Assembly: GCA_003990765.1 (NCBI GenBank)
Contig: RBNJ01000243.1
Coordinates: forward strand, 1 to 35,697
Length of the DNA stretch: 35,697 nt
Reading direction: 5' to 3'
Origin: Jimgerdemannia flammicorona
Taxonomy: Eukaryota
Below the pieces are notes generated by a model that was not told the origin of the DNA, did not search any database, and saw only the letters and a list, made by a program, of their open reading frames with translations. Below are positions 23,285 through 34,600 of this stretch, in pieces. Position numbers and translations under genes: made by a program. Each line of letters begins with the position of its first letter. Position 1 is the stretch's first letter.

Positions 23285-24050
23285 GTGTGAGAATGGATAA
23301 GGATGGAAGTGCTCTTGTGGTAGGAACAGGACCATGGAAGTTTGGGACATTCGAAATCTAGTGTGTAATAGTATAATTGTATGTTCATAATCGTACAGCG
23401 TTCTCTGCATGCTATACTTGGCATTCCTTTGTAAATTATCCAGGCATTAATCTACATGTATCATCTCACGATGATAAATAAATAAATCTGCTTCGTACGA
23501 CTGTTTAGAGCCATATCGTTATCAGGGCTTCACTAGTTGATCTATCGACTCGCCGAGCTGTTTTGGGAGGAAGGGGATGTGAATGTAAATATGTGCGATG
23601 CTGTACATGGAATGAAATATATCTCTATCCGCGGCGCTCTCACGTCTCGACGGCCTAAAGATAAATTCTTTTGATGACAAGGCAAAGCAAATAACATACC
23701 GCCAGGGGCCCTCAGGATTGACGCCAAACTCGCAGGATTCCGGGTCGAGAGCAGGGAGGGTGAATAAAAACCTCGCATCGGAGATGGTTGCAAGGAACCC
23801 ACTATTGATTACCTCCCTGGTTTCTTGCGATGTTATGCACTTGGCATAATGTGGCTTGTGTCACAAAAAGCGTGCAAGAAATAATTATGTTATGGTATTT
23901 GTTATTGAAATTGAATAAAAAATGGTCCAAAAAGTATCTAGAGGGTTTCCGAAAATTTAAAGAAGTGTCGTTGTCTGTGTGCATTCTCTGGCACAACAAA
24001 TCGGCCAAAACACCATCCCCTTCCAATCATAAGCGTGCAGCACGCATTCA

Positions 24051-24526
24051 TCACATCTCCTTCCACTGGTAGCCGCACTTGGGATTGCAGCACTTGTAAA
24101 AGGTCGACATGGGCTCGTCCGCGGAACGGATCTGAATTTGCATGAAGTAGGCGCGTGGGTGCTCGCACTTGGGGCAGGGGGCTAGCATTTGGCGGAATAG
24201 GTAAGACACGTAAGGGAATGCGGAAGGCGCCGACGAAGAATAGGATAATACCTTCAGTGGAATCGACGTTCTGCCAGGCTTCGGCACCGCCGAGAACATC
24301 GTCGACCTCCTTACGTTGCAACCTCTTGCGGCTAGCGTGCTGGCGGTTATAATGGAATGGTTAGACGAGTGTTGGGTAATGGCTGACTACGTAATGGTGG
24401 GGAATTGGCTTTGTATACCTTGCCGTGGATTGGGAAGACGTATGGACAAGTCTGGCAGTAAAAAACCTGGCCGCTGCCGTCGTTCTGGACGAGGAGGACG
24501 TTTGCACAAGAGGGGCAGAAGAGCAT
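24051..24526 (-). CDS. RPC11: RNA polymerase III subunit C11 (TFIIS-like), 3 exons
   Basis: MLFCPSCANVLL...FYCQTCPYVFPIHGK|HASRKRLQRKEVDDVLGGAEAWQNVDSTE|APCPKCEHPRAYFMQIQIRSADEPMSTFYKCCNPKCGYQWKEM*: two zinc ribbons and the RSADEP motif. Confidence 0.96.
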
Positions 24527-24654
24527 GATGTGGCGCGGGAATATGTCACAAACACGAAAATTGTTGCTGAGCCGCCGCCGCCGTCACCGTGAGTCGACGA
24601 GTGCTTTTTTATACAGAACCGGAGGCCTTATCTTATCCCAACATCTACACCACA
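24527..24654. promoter_or_regulatory. Probable compact bidirectional promoter between RPC11 and glutaminyl-tRNA synthetase
   Basis: The divergent ATGs at 24526 (-) and 24655 (+) are separated by only 128 bp. Confidence 0.6.
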
Positions 24655-27601
24655 ATGTCTGATGCCGCTTTAATCTCACTATTCCAAAACATCGGCTTAA
24701 CCGAGCAGAAAGCAAAGGAAAGCGCAAAGAACAAGAAGCTCGCCCCCGCCCTCGAGACCTCAATCACCGAAGCTGGCTTTGCTACTACCGGCTGTGAGAA
24801 GGACATCGGCGCATTGCTGTATGCCCTGGCCTCCACCGTGACCAAGGATGCCCTGCCCCACCTCCCTTACATCGCCAAGCAGATTTCGAACGGGAAACTG
24901 AAGACAGTTGACCAAGTGTCAGGTGAGCCTTTGCAGCAGATAACAAAAAAAAAAAACGCGTATCAAACCGCGTTCTTCAGTTACAGCTAGCTCTACAAAT
25001 TCTTATCGACTACATCCATTGATCTCGAATAGCTGCCATAAAGTTTGTCGAGAGCGCCAAGGGCGAGATCGACACAAAGGCCTTCGACGAGGCCACCGGC
25101 GTTGGTGAGTACACGCGCGTCCCTACCCTCGGGTTTTGCTTTCCATCCGATAATTTCCTACCTCCGTGCATGCATTCTTATCAGCATCTGCTTCTCCCTT
25201 TCCCCGCCGCATTTTTCCACAGGCATTGTCGTCACCCCCGCCCAGATCTCTGCCGAGGTTGCCGCCTACTTCACTGCCAACCGCGACTCCCTCGTCGAAG
25301 GCCGCTATCGCCTCCTTGGCCCGACGCTCGCCAACGTGCGCAAACTCCCCAGCCTCCGTTGGGCCGATGGCGGCTCGGTCAAGAACGAGGTCGAGAAGCA
25401 GTTCACGGAGCTTGTGGGGCCCAAAGATGAGCGCGATCAGCCCGCCAAGGGCAAGAAAAAGGAGGCGGCTTCCGCCGCTGGAGCCGGAGCAGCCAGAACC
25501 GCGACGGCTAACAAGCCTGCCAATGACGTACCCAACATGTTCTTTGAGGGCGAGCTGGCCAAACTGCACAAGCCCGGCGGGAACAAGCAGATCAAGGAGG
25601 AGCTCATGGTCGAGCATCTCAAAGCCACAGGCGGGAAGGTTGTAACCAGGTTTCCGCCGGAACCGAATGGATTCTTGCATATTGGGCACGCTAAGGCCAT
25701 CAATGTGAATTTCGGGTACGCAAAGGCGCATAACGGGGTGTGTTATCTAAGATATGATGATACGAATCCGGAGGTATGTATACTTTTGAATGAAGTGGAG
25801 GTCGGACGGAAAATGAGAGAGGGATGATGAGTCGGTGAATCTGATCTTATCGCGGATGGTACCCCCCCCCTCTATACACGACGAACCGTCTGCTCACAAT
25901 CCCTCCTTGTTCATAGGCTGAAGAGGAGCGTTATTTTGTCTCAATTCTGGAGACCGTAAGGTGGCTCGGCTTCGAGCCGTGGAAGATCACATACTCGAGC
26001 GATTACTTTCAGGAGCTGTATGATTTGGCGATTGATTTGATTAAGCGTGACAAGGTAGGCTTTATGTGTGGTGGTTGGGTGAGATTGCATATCTTGTTTG
26101 GTGATGAATCGTTGATATGTCTGACGTGTCATTAATCATTTGCTTTATGTTTTCACAGGCGTATGTTTGCCACTGTACGGGCGAGGAGATCCACAAAAAC
26201 CGCGGCGGCGACGAAGGTGGTCCGCGTATTGCGTGCTCTCACCGCACCAGACCGATCGAAGAATCACTCATCGAATTCATCAAGATGAAAGAAGGACGGT
26301 ACAGCGAGGGCCAGGCGACCCTGCGCATGAAGATGAACCTGGAGGATGGAAATCCTCAGTTCTGGGACCTGATTGCCTACCGCGTGCTGTATACGCCGCA
26401 CCACCGCACTGGCTCTGACTGGTGTATCTATCCGACTTACGACTACACTCACTGTCTATGCGACTCGTTCGAGAACATAACGCACTCGCTCTGCACGCTT
26501 GAGTTTAGACAATCCCGCGAGAGCTACTACTGGCTGGTTGACGCGCTTGAGATCTACAAGCCCGTTCAATGGGAGTACGGTCGCTTGAACGTCACTAACA
26601 CCGTCATGTCAAAACGCAAGGTCCTCAAGCTTGTCAACGAGAAGTTCGTCAACGCCTGGGACGACCCGAGGTTGTTCACCCTTGTCGCCCTCCGCCGTCG
26701 TGGTGTCCCCCCGGAGGCGATCAACAACTTCGTCCGGGAACTCGGGGTCACAATGGCGTCAGCCACCATTGATGTCGCGCGCCTCGACAACCATGTTCGC
26801 GAATACCTTGACCGCCACTCGCCGCGCTTGATGGTGATACTGGAACCCATCCTCGTCACGCTCGAGAACCTGCCTGAGGACCACGTGGAGGAGCTGACGG
26901 TCCCCAACAAGCCGCGCGATCCGGCCATGGGCGAGCATGTGGTGCCCTTCACCAAACACCTCTACATTGATGCCTCCGACTTCCGCGAGCAAGATTCGGC
27001 CGATTACTTCCGCCTCGCTCCCGGTAAGACCGTTGGTCTACTCTACGTCAAGCACCCCATCACGTGCACACGCGTCGTCAAGGACCCGGTCACAGGCAAG
27101 GTCACGGAATTAGTGTGCCGGTACGAGAATAAGGACGAGGCTGTCAAGCCCAAGACATACATCCACTGGATCGCCCTCTCCCCTCGGCACGCTTCACCCG
27201 TCCGGCTGGACGAAGTGCGCGTCTACGGCTCTCTGTTCAAGCACTCCAATCCGCTGGACAAAACCCTCGTCCCTGGCGGATGGCTGTCGGACATCGACCC
27301 GGACTCACTGCACGTCACCACAGGCGCCCTGGCGGAGGTCGGCGTGTGGGACCAGTTGGCGAAGTGGATCGAAGCCACGGGCGCGAAGGAACCAGAGAGC
27401 ATGAGGTGGCAGTTCGTTAGGATCGGGTATTATTGCATGGATTTGGATAGCGAGATCAAGGTCGAGCCAGGGAAGAAGGTAGTGCCCCAGGAGGTCGTGA
27501 AGAGGTTCGTGGTGAACCGGACTGTGACGCTGAAGGAGGATACGAAAAAGGAGGAGGATAAGGACAAGAAGGGTGAGGCCAGGGATCCGAGGAAGAAGTG
27601 A
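24655..27601 (+). CDS. GLN4: Cytosolic glutaminyl-tRNA synthetase (5 exons)
   Basis: Eukaryotic N-terminal domain [22 protein letters not shown]. Catalytic motifs [19 protein letters not shown] (HIGH), [53 protein letters not shown]. Anticodon-binding region [11 protein letters not shown] and FVRIGYY. Introns at about 24923-25032, 25105-25222, 25774-25916 and 26055-26158. Confidence 0.97.
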
Positions 27602-27987
27602 ATGGCGGGTGTGATGGGGTGTTTCATTATCTTTTGGTTAAATAAATCGGTTTGGACCTACTTGTGAGTTCATGTAGAATGCATAATTGAAACGGGACGG
27701 ATTTTTTTATTGGTACGTTAATTGGATGGAACAGCCTGGTGTCAACCTACTTCCAACAAGCTTATGATCGCTAAAAATTAGACAATACATTGTTGAGTTG
27801 CAATATGTAGAAAACATTGAATTGATGCCCAAGTTAAATCATTTGATTTATTTCCAATATCAATACTTCTAATACATAGACAGAAATATCTCTACAGTGA
27901 CATTTGTCTATGAATTAAAAAAAAAAAATACATCTGTTTAAAACTGAATAAATTTACTCTGTCTAATAAAATGAATGCAGAAAATTT

Positions 27988-27991
<4 letters not shown>

Positions 27992-28030
<39 letters not shown>
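27992..28030. repeat. (AT)n microsatellite
   Basis: About 19 AT units, directly visible. Confidence 0.95.
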
Positions 28031-28033
<3 letters not shown>

Positions 28034-28253
28034 CACAACCCCCTCGCTTTCTGCCTGTCTGGAATTCTATCGATTCTCAAGGGGGGAGGGCTTTTTTTTT
28101 TTTTTTTAGAGAATAATAATAATAAACGGGTGTAATAGTGGAAAGGAAGGATGATAAACAAAAATCACATTGATATGGATCTCATTCCAAATAGTCCGTC
28201 GGAATAAATCCATTATATATATATATTTCTCGATAAAGCATCCGAAAAATATT

Positions 28254-29573
28254 TTAACCTCTGTCCAAGGTTTCGAGCCTGGAGTTCTCTTTCTTCCAGA
28301 TGCGAAGATCATCTGGGCCGCGAAACCCATATCCTTCCAACATCTTTATACAATGCTCATCCTTACATAAATTGGTCGGGAGTAATACCAGTTCAAGTTT
28401 TGGACACAAGACGAGTACTTTCTCCACAAACACCCCAGAAAGTTTGGGGTTATCGTCCAGCTCCAGCGATCGTAATTCAGGCCACCCGCCACCCTCCTGC
28501 CCCATCGCAGTCACCGCCGCCAAACCCGTAATAACGAGGCACGTGGAAAGTTCGATGCGTTCGAGGGCGGGTCCGTGACGCCACAGGACGGTCAGAAACG
28601 GGTCTCCCAGCCAAAAGGCCCCGCTAATCGAGAGTATTTTGATATTTGGGCAGCACGAGAGGAGGTAGTAGAGCGACGAGTCGGAGAACATGGGTTCCTC
28701 CGGGACGCTCAACGTCCAGAAGGAGCGGATGATGAGCGTAAAATCCTCCAATAGCGGGCAGTGCAGTCCGAGGGCGATAAGGCTCTGGTCCACGTTGACC
28801 GACACCGGGGGCGCGAAACATAACTGGCGCAGGTTCTTCAGCAGCCTCAGCTCGGATGGCAGACAGTCACCCGAGACGTCGTCGAAGGTGACCCTACGAA
28901 GGTCTGTGCACCGGCCCAGCGCGGTGCGGAGCGGGACGTCAAGTTCAATCGCGTTGAACTTGAGTTCTTCCAAATGCGGGGACAAGGCCGCGACGAACTC
29001 GGCAAGACGTACGTTGTATGTCTCCGTGGGTATCTCGATCCCGTAGAGTTCGACGGACCTTATTCCCACACAAAGGGGCTCGATCCGGTCGAAAAAGTCG
29101 ATGAAGCATCGGATGTCTTGGATCTCTGGATTCACTTGGCACTCTAGCTCAATTACGAGATAACGCAGGTTTGGTGGTTTCATCGCCACAATTGCCGCGA
29201 AGCTATCTATAAGTTTCCCGGGTTCGGCGGTATCCATCCGGATGCCGAGGTGAATGGTTTGTATTAATTGATAATCGCCGAGTCCAAGACGTTTGGATTC
29301 GAGTAGTAAATCGACGAGTCGGAGGACATCGATGATACTATCGGAAAAAGAATCGTGCTTGAGTTCGAGCTTCCGAAACAGCTCGTCATTGGAGACCAGT
29401 GGGCGTGCCTCGAGATACCAACTCTTGCAGACCATGGAGCTGGCCATGACATCAACCCGCGACTGGAACCACCCGCCAGCGTCAAGGACATAGAGAAGCG
29501 CCTGGCGCACAATCTCGGGTGGTAGACTTGGGGGATCTTGGTCGGGCTTGCTGAAAGGCATCGAGAGAGCCAT
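28254..29573 (-). CDS. Intronless F-box / RNI-like leucine-rich-repeat protein (439 aa)
   Basis: N-terminal F-box-like SLPPEIVRQALLYV...MASSMVCKSWY, then LRR-like segments PPNLRYLVI, PHLEELKF, CPLLEDFTL, CPNIKILSI, PALERIEL, WPELRSLEL, CPKLELV. Uninterrupted ORF. Confidence 0.8.
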   Translation of the reverse strand: MALSMPFSKPDQDPPSLPPEIVRQALLYVLDAGGWFQSRVDVMASSMVCKSWYLEARPLVSNDELFRKLELKHDSFSDSIIDVLRLVDLLLESKRLGLGDYQLIQTIHLGIRMDTAEPGKLIDSFAAIVAMKPPNLRYLVIELECQVNPEIQDIRCFIDFFDRIEPLCVGIRSVELYGIEIPTETYNVRLAEFVAALSPHLEELKFNAIELDVPLRTALGRCTDLRRVTFDDVSGDCLPSELRLLKNLRQLCFAPPVSVNVDQSLIALGLHCPLLEDFTLIIRSFWTLSVPEEPMFSDSSLYYLLSCCPNIKILSISGAFWLGDPFLTVLWRHGPALERIELSTCLVITGLAAVTAMGQEGGGWPELRSLELDDNPKLSGVFVEKVLVLCPKLELVLLPTNLCKDEHCIKMLEGYGFRGPDDLRIWKKENSRLETLDRG

Positions 29574-29879
29574 GAGGGCTGGCGGAGTAACGATAGTGAA
29601 ATTCAGTATTATTACGGAGGGCTTTTATAAGAGAGCGGGATGTGTTGTTTGGTACGGAATACCATACATTCTTTACTTTCGCACGGTGTGCAAGAACCAG
29701 AATTTGTTTATGACGCCACGTGAATGTGACGAAATTAGCCCTTCAACCCGAGCTATCATTGGTTGCTAGGTTTCCGCCTGCATCTCAAAAAATATTTAAA
29801 CTTTCCCTTTCCAGCTATCCATATATATAGGTAGTCACTCGGCTTATATACCCTCTTCAAACTACAGACATGCCAATTA

Positions 29880-30812
29880 GAATAGTCTAGTCCTCCTACC
29901 GACAACGTCGTCTTTCTTCCATTCCCGAAGCAGCTCGCTCACGGCCGTCACCGCGAGCGGCAAATTCGAGCATTCGCACGACCCCGCGAACTTCAAACAT
30001 GGCCGTCGCGTCGTCTCAAACTCGAACCAACCGGAGGATCCGTCTCAAGATCCCGACACCTTCATTTCGGGCCAGCGCGAGAGCATGTTCTCCAGCGCCA
30101 AGGCGAGGCTATGGCGCGAGTTCTTCAGATGTGGTGTCGAGTGAACGGAGAGCTGTTCCAGCTTTGCTCGGTCCGGACATCCGACACCCGCTCAACCCAC
30201 CTTCACCGTGTCGAGCTGCGTTTCCTCCTTGGCCCCGGGTGCCGCCGCCCTACTCATGGGCCTGAGCTCCGTCCGGACGACCTCTCGATGGTCGTGTCGG
30301 ATTCGAGATCGCGATTAAGGAGGGTGCCATTGTCCGGAGAGAGGCCAACTGTGGGCCGGCTAGCGGCCGTGGAACGAAGACGGCTGTCCATTTGTCGGGA
30401 TAAAAGAGCCCGAGCGACGGGATGTCTGCGCAACTCTGTTGCATGGCCGAAAGGAACCTCTCGCGCTTGCGGATACGGCCCAGCTTGTCGCTCGGAGTCT
30501 CTTTAATGGGCAAACTTGAACAAATCCTCTTGGTCCTCCTGATCATAATAAGCTTTGTCAGTCAGGATGATAAATAGCCTTGGAGTCATTCGGGGACGAG
30601 GTCGTCCACCAAAACCCTGGAACCGTTTGATTTCAGAGCATTACGGCAAGCCGAGCTGATACGAGGTGGAAGGAGCGCGGCGAACCAGCGCAGCTTTTTA
30701 TCGTAGTAAAAATATTTTAAGTGCGCTAGTGGTTCAAGATTTTTCGTCCGGGATCATGGGCACAGACCATGGACGCGGCCGTGTCAAGGAGGGCGAGGAT
30801 GTTTGTTTCCAT
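29880..30812 (-). pseudogene. Probable decayed tandem paralog of the F-box/LRR gene
   Basis: GC-rich coding-like DNA with fragments in the same order as the neighbour: LDTAASMVCA ~ VDVMASSMVCK; RERFLSAMQQSCADIPSLGL ~ FIDFFDRIEPLCVGIRSVEL; QLASLRTMAPSL ~ RLAEFVAALSPHL. Multiple stops and frameshifts. The similarity is weak. Confidence 0.4.
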
Positions 30813-31130
30813 GATGTCCCAGTTTGGCGTTGAGATAAGTTTTCCAATCCATCCGATTTTGATTGATCGGATGATGCATACAGAAATCTTGCCACCCAAC
30901 ACAAATGCAATCATTTCAAACACCGTCCTGTACTTGAGTGCCGACTACGCACAACACTATATTACTTGTATATCATACAAATATATCAAACGAACATGTA
31001 ATATACGAAGAATGTAAAAATAAAAAAGGATCGGCAAACCGACAAACAAAAGGACGGAAATAAAGAGTTCTGTACAAGAAAAACATTTGCTCTCAGACAA
31101 AAAAATACACGAAAAAATTCTGATGAAATG

Positions 31131-31164
<34 letters not shown>

Positions 31165-31179
31165 AAAAAAAAAAAAAAA

Positions 31180-31226
<47 letters not shown>
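31131..31226 (+). repeat. ~96-bp poly(A) tract with two T interruptions
   Basis: Directly visible. Confidence 0.95.
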
Positions 31227-31227
<1 letters not shown>

Positions 31228-31439
31228 CACCCGGTGATCGGCGATGTCGGTAAATGCAACAAAAAGTAAATAATAATAATAAATAGAAGAAATGAAAGAC
31301 AGGGTATGCAATATAAGCACAGAACATAGGGTCGTATTTGGGCTTCGTAAATCGGAAGAGGTGACGTGAAATACATGAATATTGTGGATTTCAGTACCCG
31401 TTCGTAAAGTGGCGTTGCCTTAATTACATTCCTTTTTTT

Positions 31440-31670
31440 GGTGCTCTAATCTCAAAATATCCTCTCACTGATCGCCAGCATCCTTTTGTACAGCTGCTCC
31501 GCCTTGTCGTACTTGCGCTCCGCCTTATTGTACTTACGCTCCGCCTGTTGTACTTGCGCTCCGCCTTGTCGTACTTTCCTTGGGTTTTGTAAGCACGGCT
31601 TGGTTGTTTAGAGATGATGCCATGTGTATATGCTTGTACTCGCCCTGGCTAAGTAGAGCAGCAAGATCGC
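31440..31670 (-). pseudogene. Degenerate TPR-coding remnants beyond the NLR stop codon, including a 21-bp x4 tandem repeat
   Basis: Minus-strand fragments HMASSLNNQA, QGKYDKAER, KYDKAEQLYKRMLAISERI. 31496-31576 is four copies of about gctccgccttgtcgtacttgc. Confidence 0.75.
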
Positions 31671-34600
31671 TCAGACTTGTTGCTTTGTGCGGGTGTTCTG
31701 ACTGATTACCGGCGCCTGTTGGCAGAGTGGCTCCGCCTTATCGTACTTGCCCTGGCTTTTGTAGAGATTTTTCAGAGTTGTCACTGTCTGCGGGTGCTCT
31801 GGTCCCAACGTCTTCTCCCTAATTACCAGTACACGTTTGTAGAGCGGCGCCGCCTCACCGTACTTGCCCTGGCGCCCGTAGACCCAAGCCAGCTTATTCA
31901 GAGTTGTTGCTATGTGCGGGTGCTCTGATCCAAACGCCTTCTCTCTAATTATCAGTGCCCGTTGGTACAGCGGTTCCGCCTCGTCGTACCTCCCTTGGCT
32001 ATGGTAGAGCCCAGCCAGAGTGCACAGGGTTATTGCTATGTTCGGGTGATTTGGTTCCAACGTCTTCTCCTTGATCGCCAGCGCCCGTTTGAGGAGCGGC
32101 TCCGCCTTGTAGTACTTGTTTTGTGCGGAATAGAGCGCAGCCAGGTTGTTCAGGGATGTTGCTGTTGCTGTGTTTGGGTACTCTGGTCTCAACACCTCCT
32201 CACGGATCACCAGCGCCCGTTCGTACAGCTGCTCCGCCTTGTCGTACTTGTGTTGTTTGTAATAGACCACAGCCAAATTGTTCAGAGATAGCGCCGTCTC
32301 TGGGAGATCTGATCCCAAAGTCTTCTCCTTGATGGCCAGCGCTCGTTCGAACAGCGGCTCCGCCGTATCGTACTTGTTTTGTGTGTAGTAGAGCGCAGCC
32401 AGATTGTTCAACGATGTTGTCGTGTGTTGGTGCTCTGGCCCAAACACTTTCTCCATGATCCTCAGCGTTCGTTCGAGCAGTGGCCCCGCCTTATCATATT
32501 GGTATTGTGTGCGATAGAGCATTGCCAATTTGTTCAGAGATGCTGCCGTTTCTAGGTGTTCTGATCCCAACGCCTTCTCCACGATCGTCAGCGCCCGTTC
32601 GAACAACTGTTCCGCCTTATCGTACTTTTTTTGTGTGCAATAAATCGTAGCCAACGTGGTCAGAGGTGATGCCATATCTGAGTGCTCTAATCCCACCTCC
32701 TGGATCGCCAGCGCCCGTACGAATAGTGGCTCCGCCTTATCGTACTTGTTTTGTGTGTAATAGAGCGCAGCCAGATTGTTCAGCGATGTTGTCGTGTGTG
32801 TGTGCTCTGGTCCAAACACTTTCTCCATGATCCTCAGCGTTCGTTCGAGCAGTGGCCCCGCCTTATCATATTGGTATTGTGTGCGATAGAGCATTGCCAA
32901 TTTGTTCAGAGATGCTGCCGTTTCTAGGTGTTCTGATCCCAACGCCTTCTCCACGATCGCCAGCGCCCGTTCGAACAACTGTTCCGCCTTATCGTGCTTT
33001 TTTTGTGTGCAATAAATCGTAGCCAACGTGGCCAGAGGTGATGCCATATCTGAGTGCTCTAATCCCACCTTCTCCTGGATCGCCAGCGCCCGTACGAACA
33101 GCGGCTCCGCCTTATCGTACTTGTTTTGTGTGTAATAGAGCGCAGCCAGATTGTTCAGCGATGTTGTCGTGTGTGTGTGCTCTGGTCCAAACACTTTCTC
33201 CATGATCCTCAGCGTTCGTTCGAGCAGTGGCCCCGGATTATCATATTGGTATTGTGTGCGATATAGCATTGCCAATTTGTTCAGAGATGCTGCCGTTTCT
33301 AGGTGTTCTGATCCCAACGCCTTCTCCATGATCGCCAGCGCCCGTTCGAACAACTGTTCCGCCTTATCGTACTTATTTTGTGTGCAATAAATCATAGCCA
33401 ACGTGGTCAGAGGTGATGCCATATCTGAGTGCTCTAATCCCAATACCTTCTCCTGGATCGCCAGCGCCCGTACGAATAGCGGCTCCGCCTTATCGTACTT
33501 GTTTTGCGTGTAATAGAGCGCAGCCAGATTGTTCAGCGATGTTGTCGTGTGTGTGTGCTCTGGTCCAAACACTTTCTCCACGACCCCCAGCGTTCGTTCG
33601 AGCAATGGCCCCGGATCATCATATTGGTATTGTGTGCGATAGAGCATTGCCAATTTGTTCAGAGATGCTGCCGTTTCTAGGTGTTCTGATCCCAACGCCT
33701 TCTCCATGATCGCCAGCGCCCGTTCGAACAACTGTTCCGCCTTATCGTACTTGGTTTGTGTGCAATAAATCGTAGCTAACGTGGTCAGAGGTGATGCCAT
33801 ATCCGAGTGCTCTAATCCCAATACCTTCTCCTGGATCGCCAGCGCCCGTACGAATAGTGGCTCCGCCTTATCGTACTTGTTTTGCGTGTAATAGAGCGCA
33901 GCCAGATTGTTCAGCGATGTTGTCGTGTGTGTGTGCTCTGGTCCAAACACTTTCTCCATGATCCTCAGTGTTCGTTCGAGCAATGGCCCCGGATTATCAT
34001 ATTGGTATTGTGTGCGATAGAGCATTGTCAATTTGTTCAAAGATGCTGCCGTTTCTAGGTGTTCTGATCCCAACGCCTTCTCCATGATCGCCAGCGCCCG
34101 TTCGAACAACTGTTTCGCCTTATCGTACTTGTTTTGTGTGCAATAAATCGTAGCCAACGTGGTCAGAGGTGATGCCATATCTGAGTGATCTAATCCCAAT
34201 ACCTTCTCTTGGATCGCCAGCGCCCGTACGAATAGCGGCTCCGCCTTATCGTACTTGTTTTGTGTGTAACAGAGCATAGCCGACTTGATCAGAGATGATA
34301 CCGTTTTTAGGCTCTCTAATTCCAACATCTTCTCTTCAATCGCCAGCGCCCGTTCGAGCAACAACTTAACCTCTTTGCCCTGGTTGTCGTAGAGTGCAGC
34401 TAGATAGTTCAAAAATGTTGCCATGTTTAGGTGCTCCGATCTCAACACCTTCTCATAGATCGCCGGTGCTGGTTTCGCCTTGTCGCACTTACGCTCGCTT
34501 TTGCAGAACAGAGCTAGATTGTCCAGAGGTGATGTTTTTGCGTCCTTTGATCCCAATGTCATTTCACAGATCGCCAGCAATCCCGATACTAACTTAGCCA

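Noticed and set aside
25123..27627. Several long alternative-frame and antisense ORFs
   Set aside because: Shadows of the GC3-rich glutaminyl-tRNA synthetase coding sequence.
30957..31376. Poly-Phe ORFs on the minus strand
   Set aside because: Artefacts of the poly(A) tract.
31496..31576. 21-bp direct repeats as a possible CRISPR array
   Set aside because: The repeats are contiguous with no spacers, derive from TPR-coding sequence, and lie in a eukaryotic context without cas genes.
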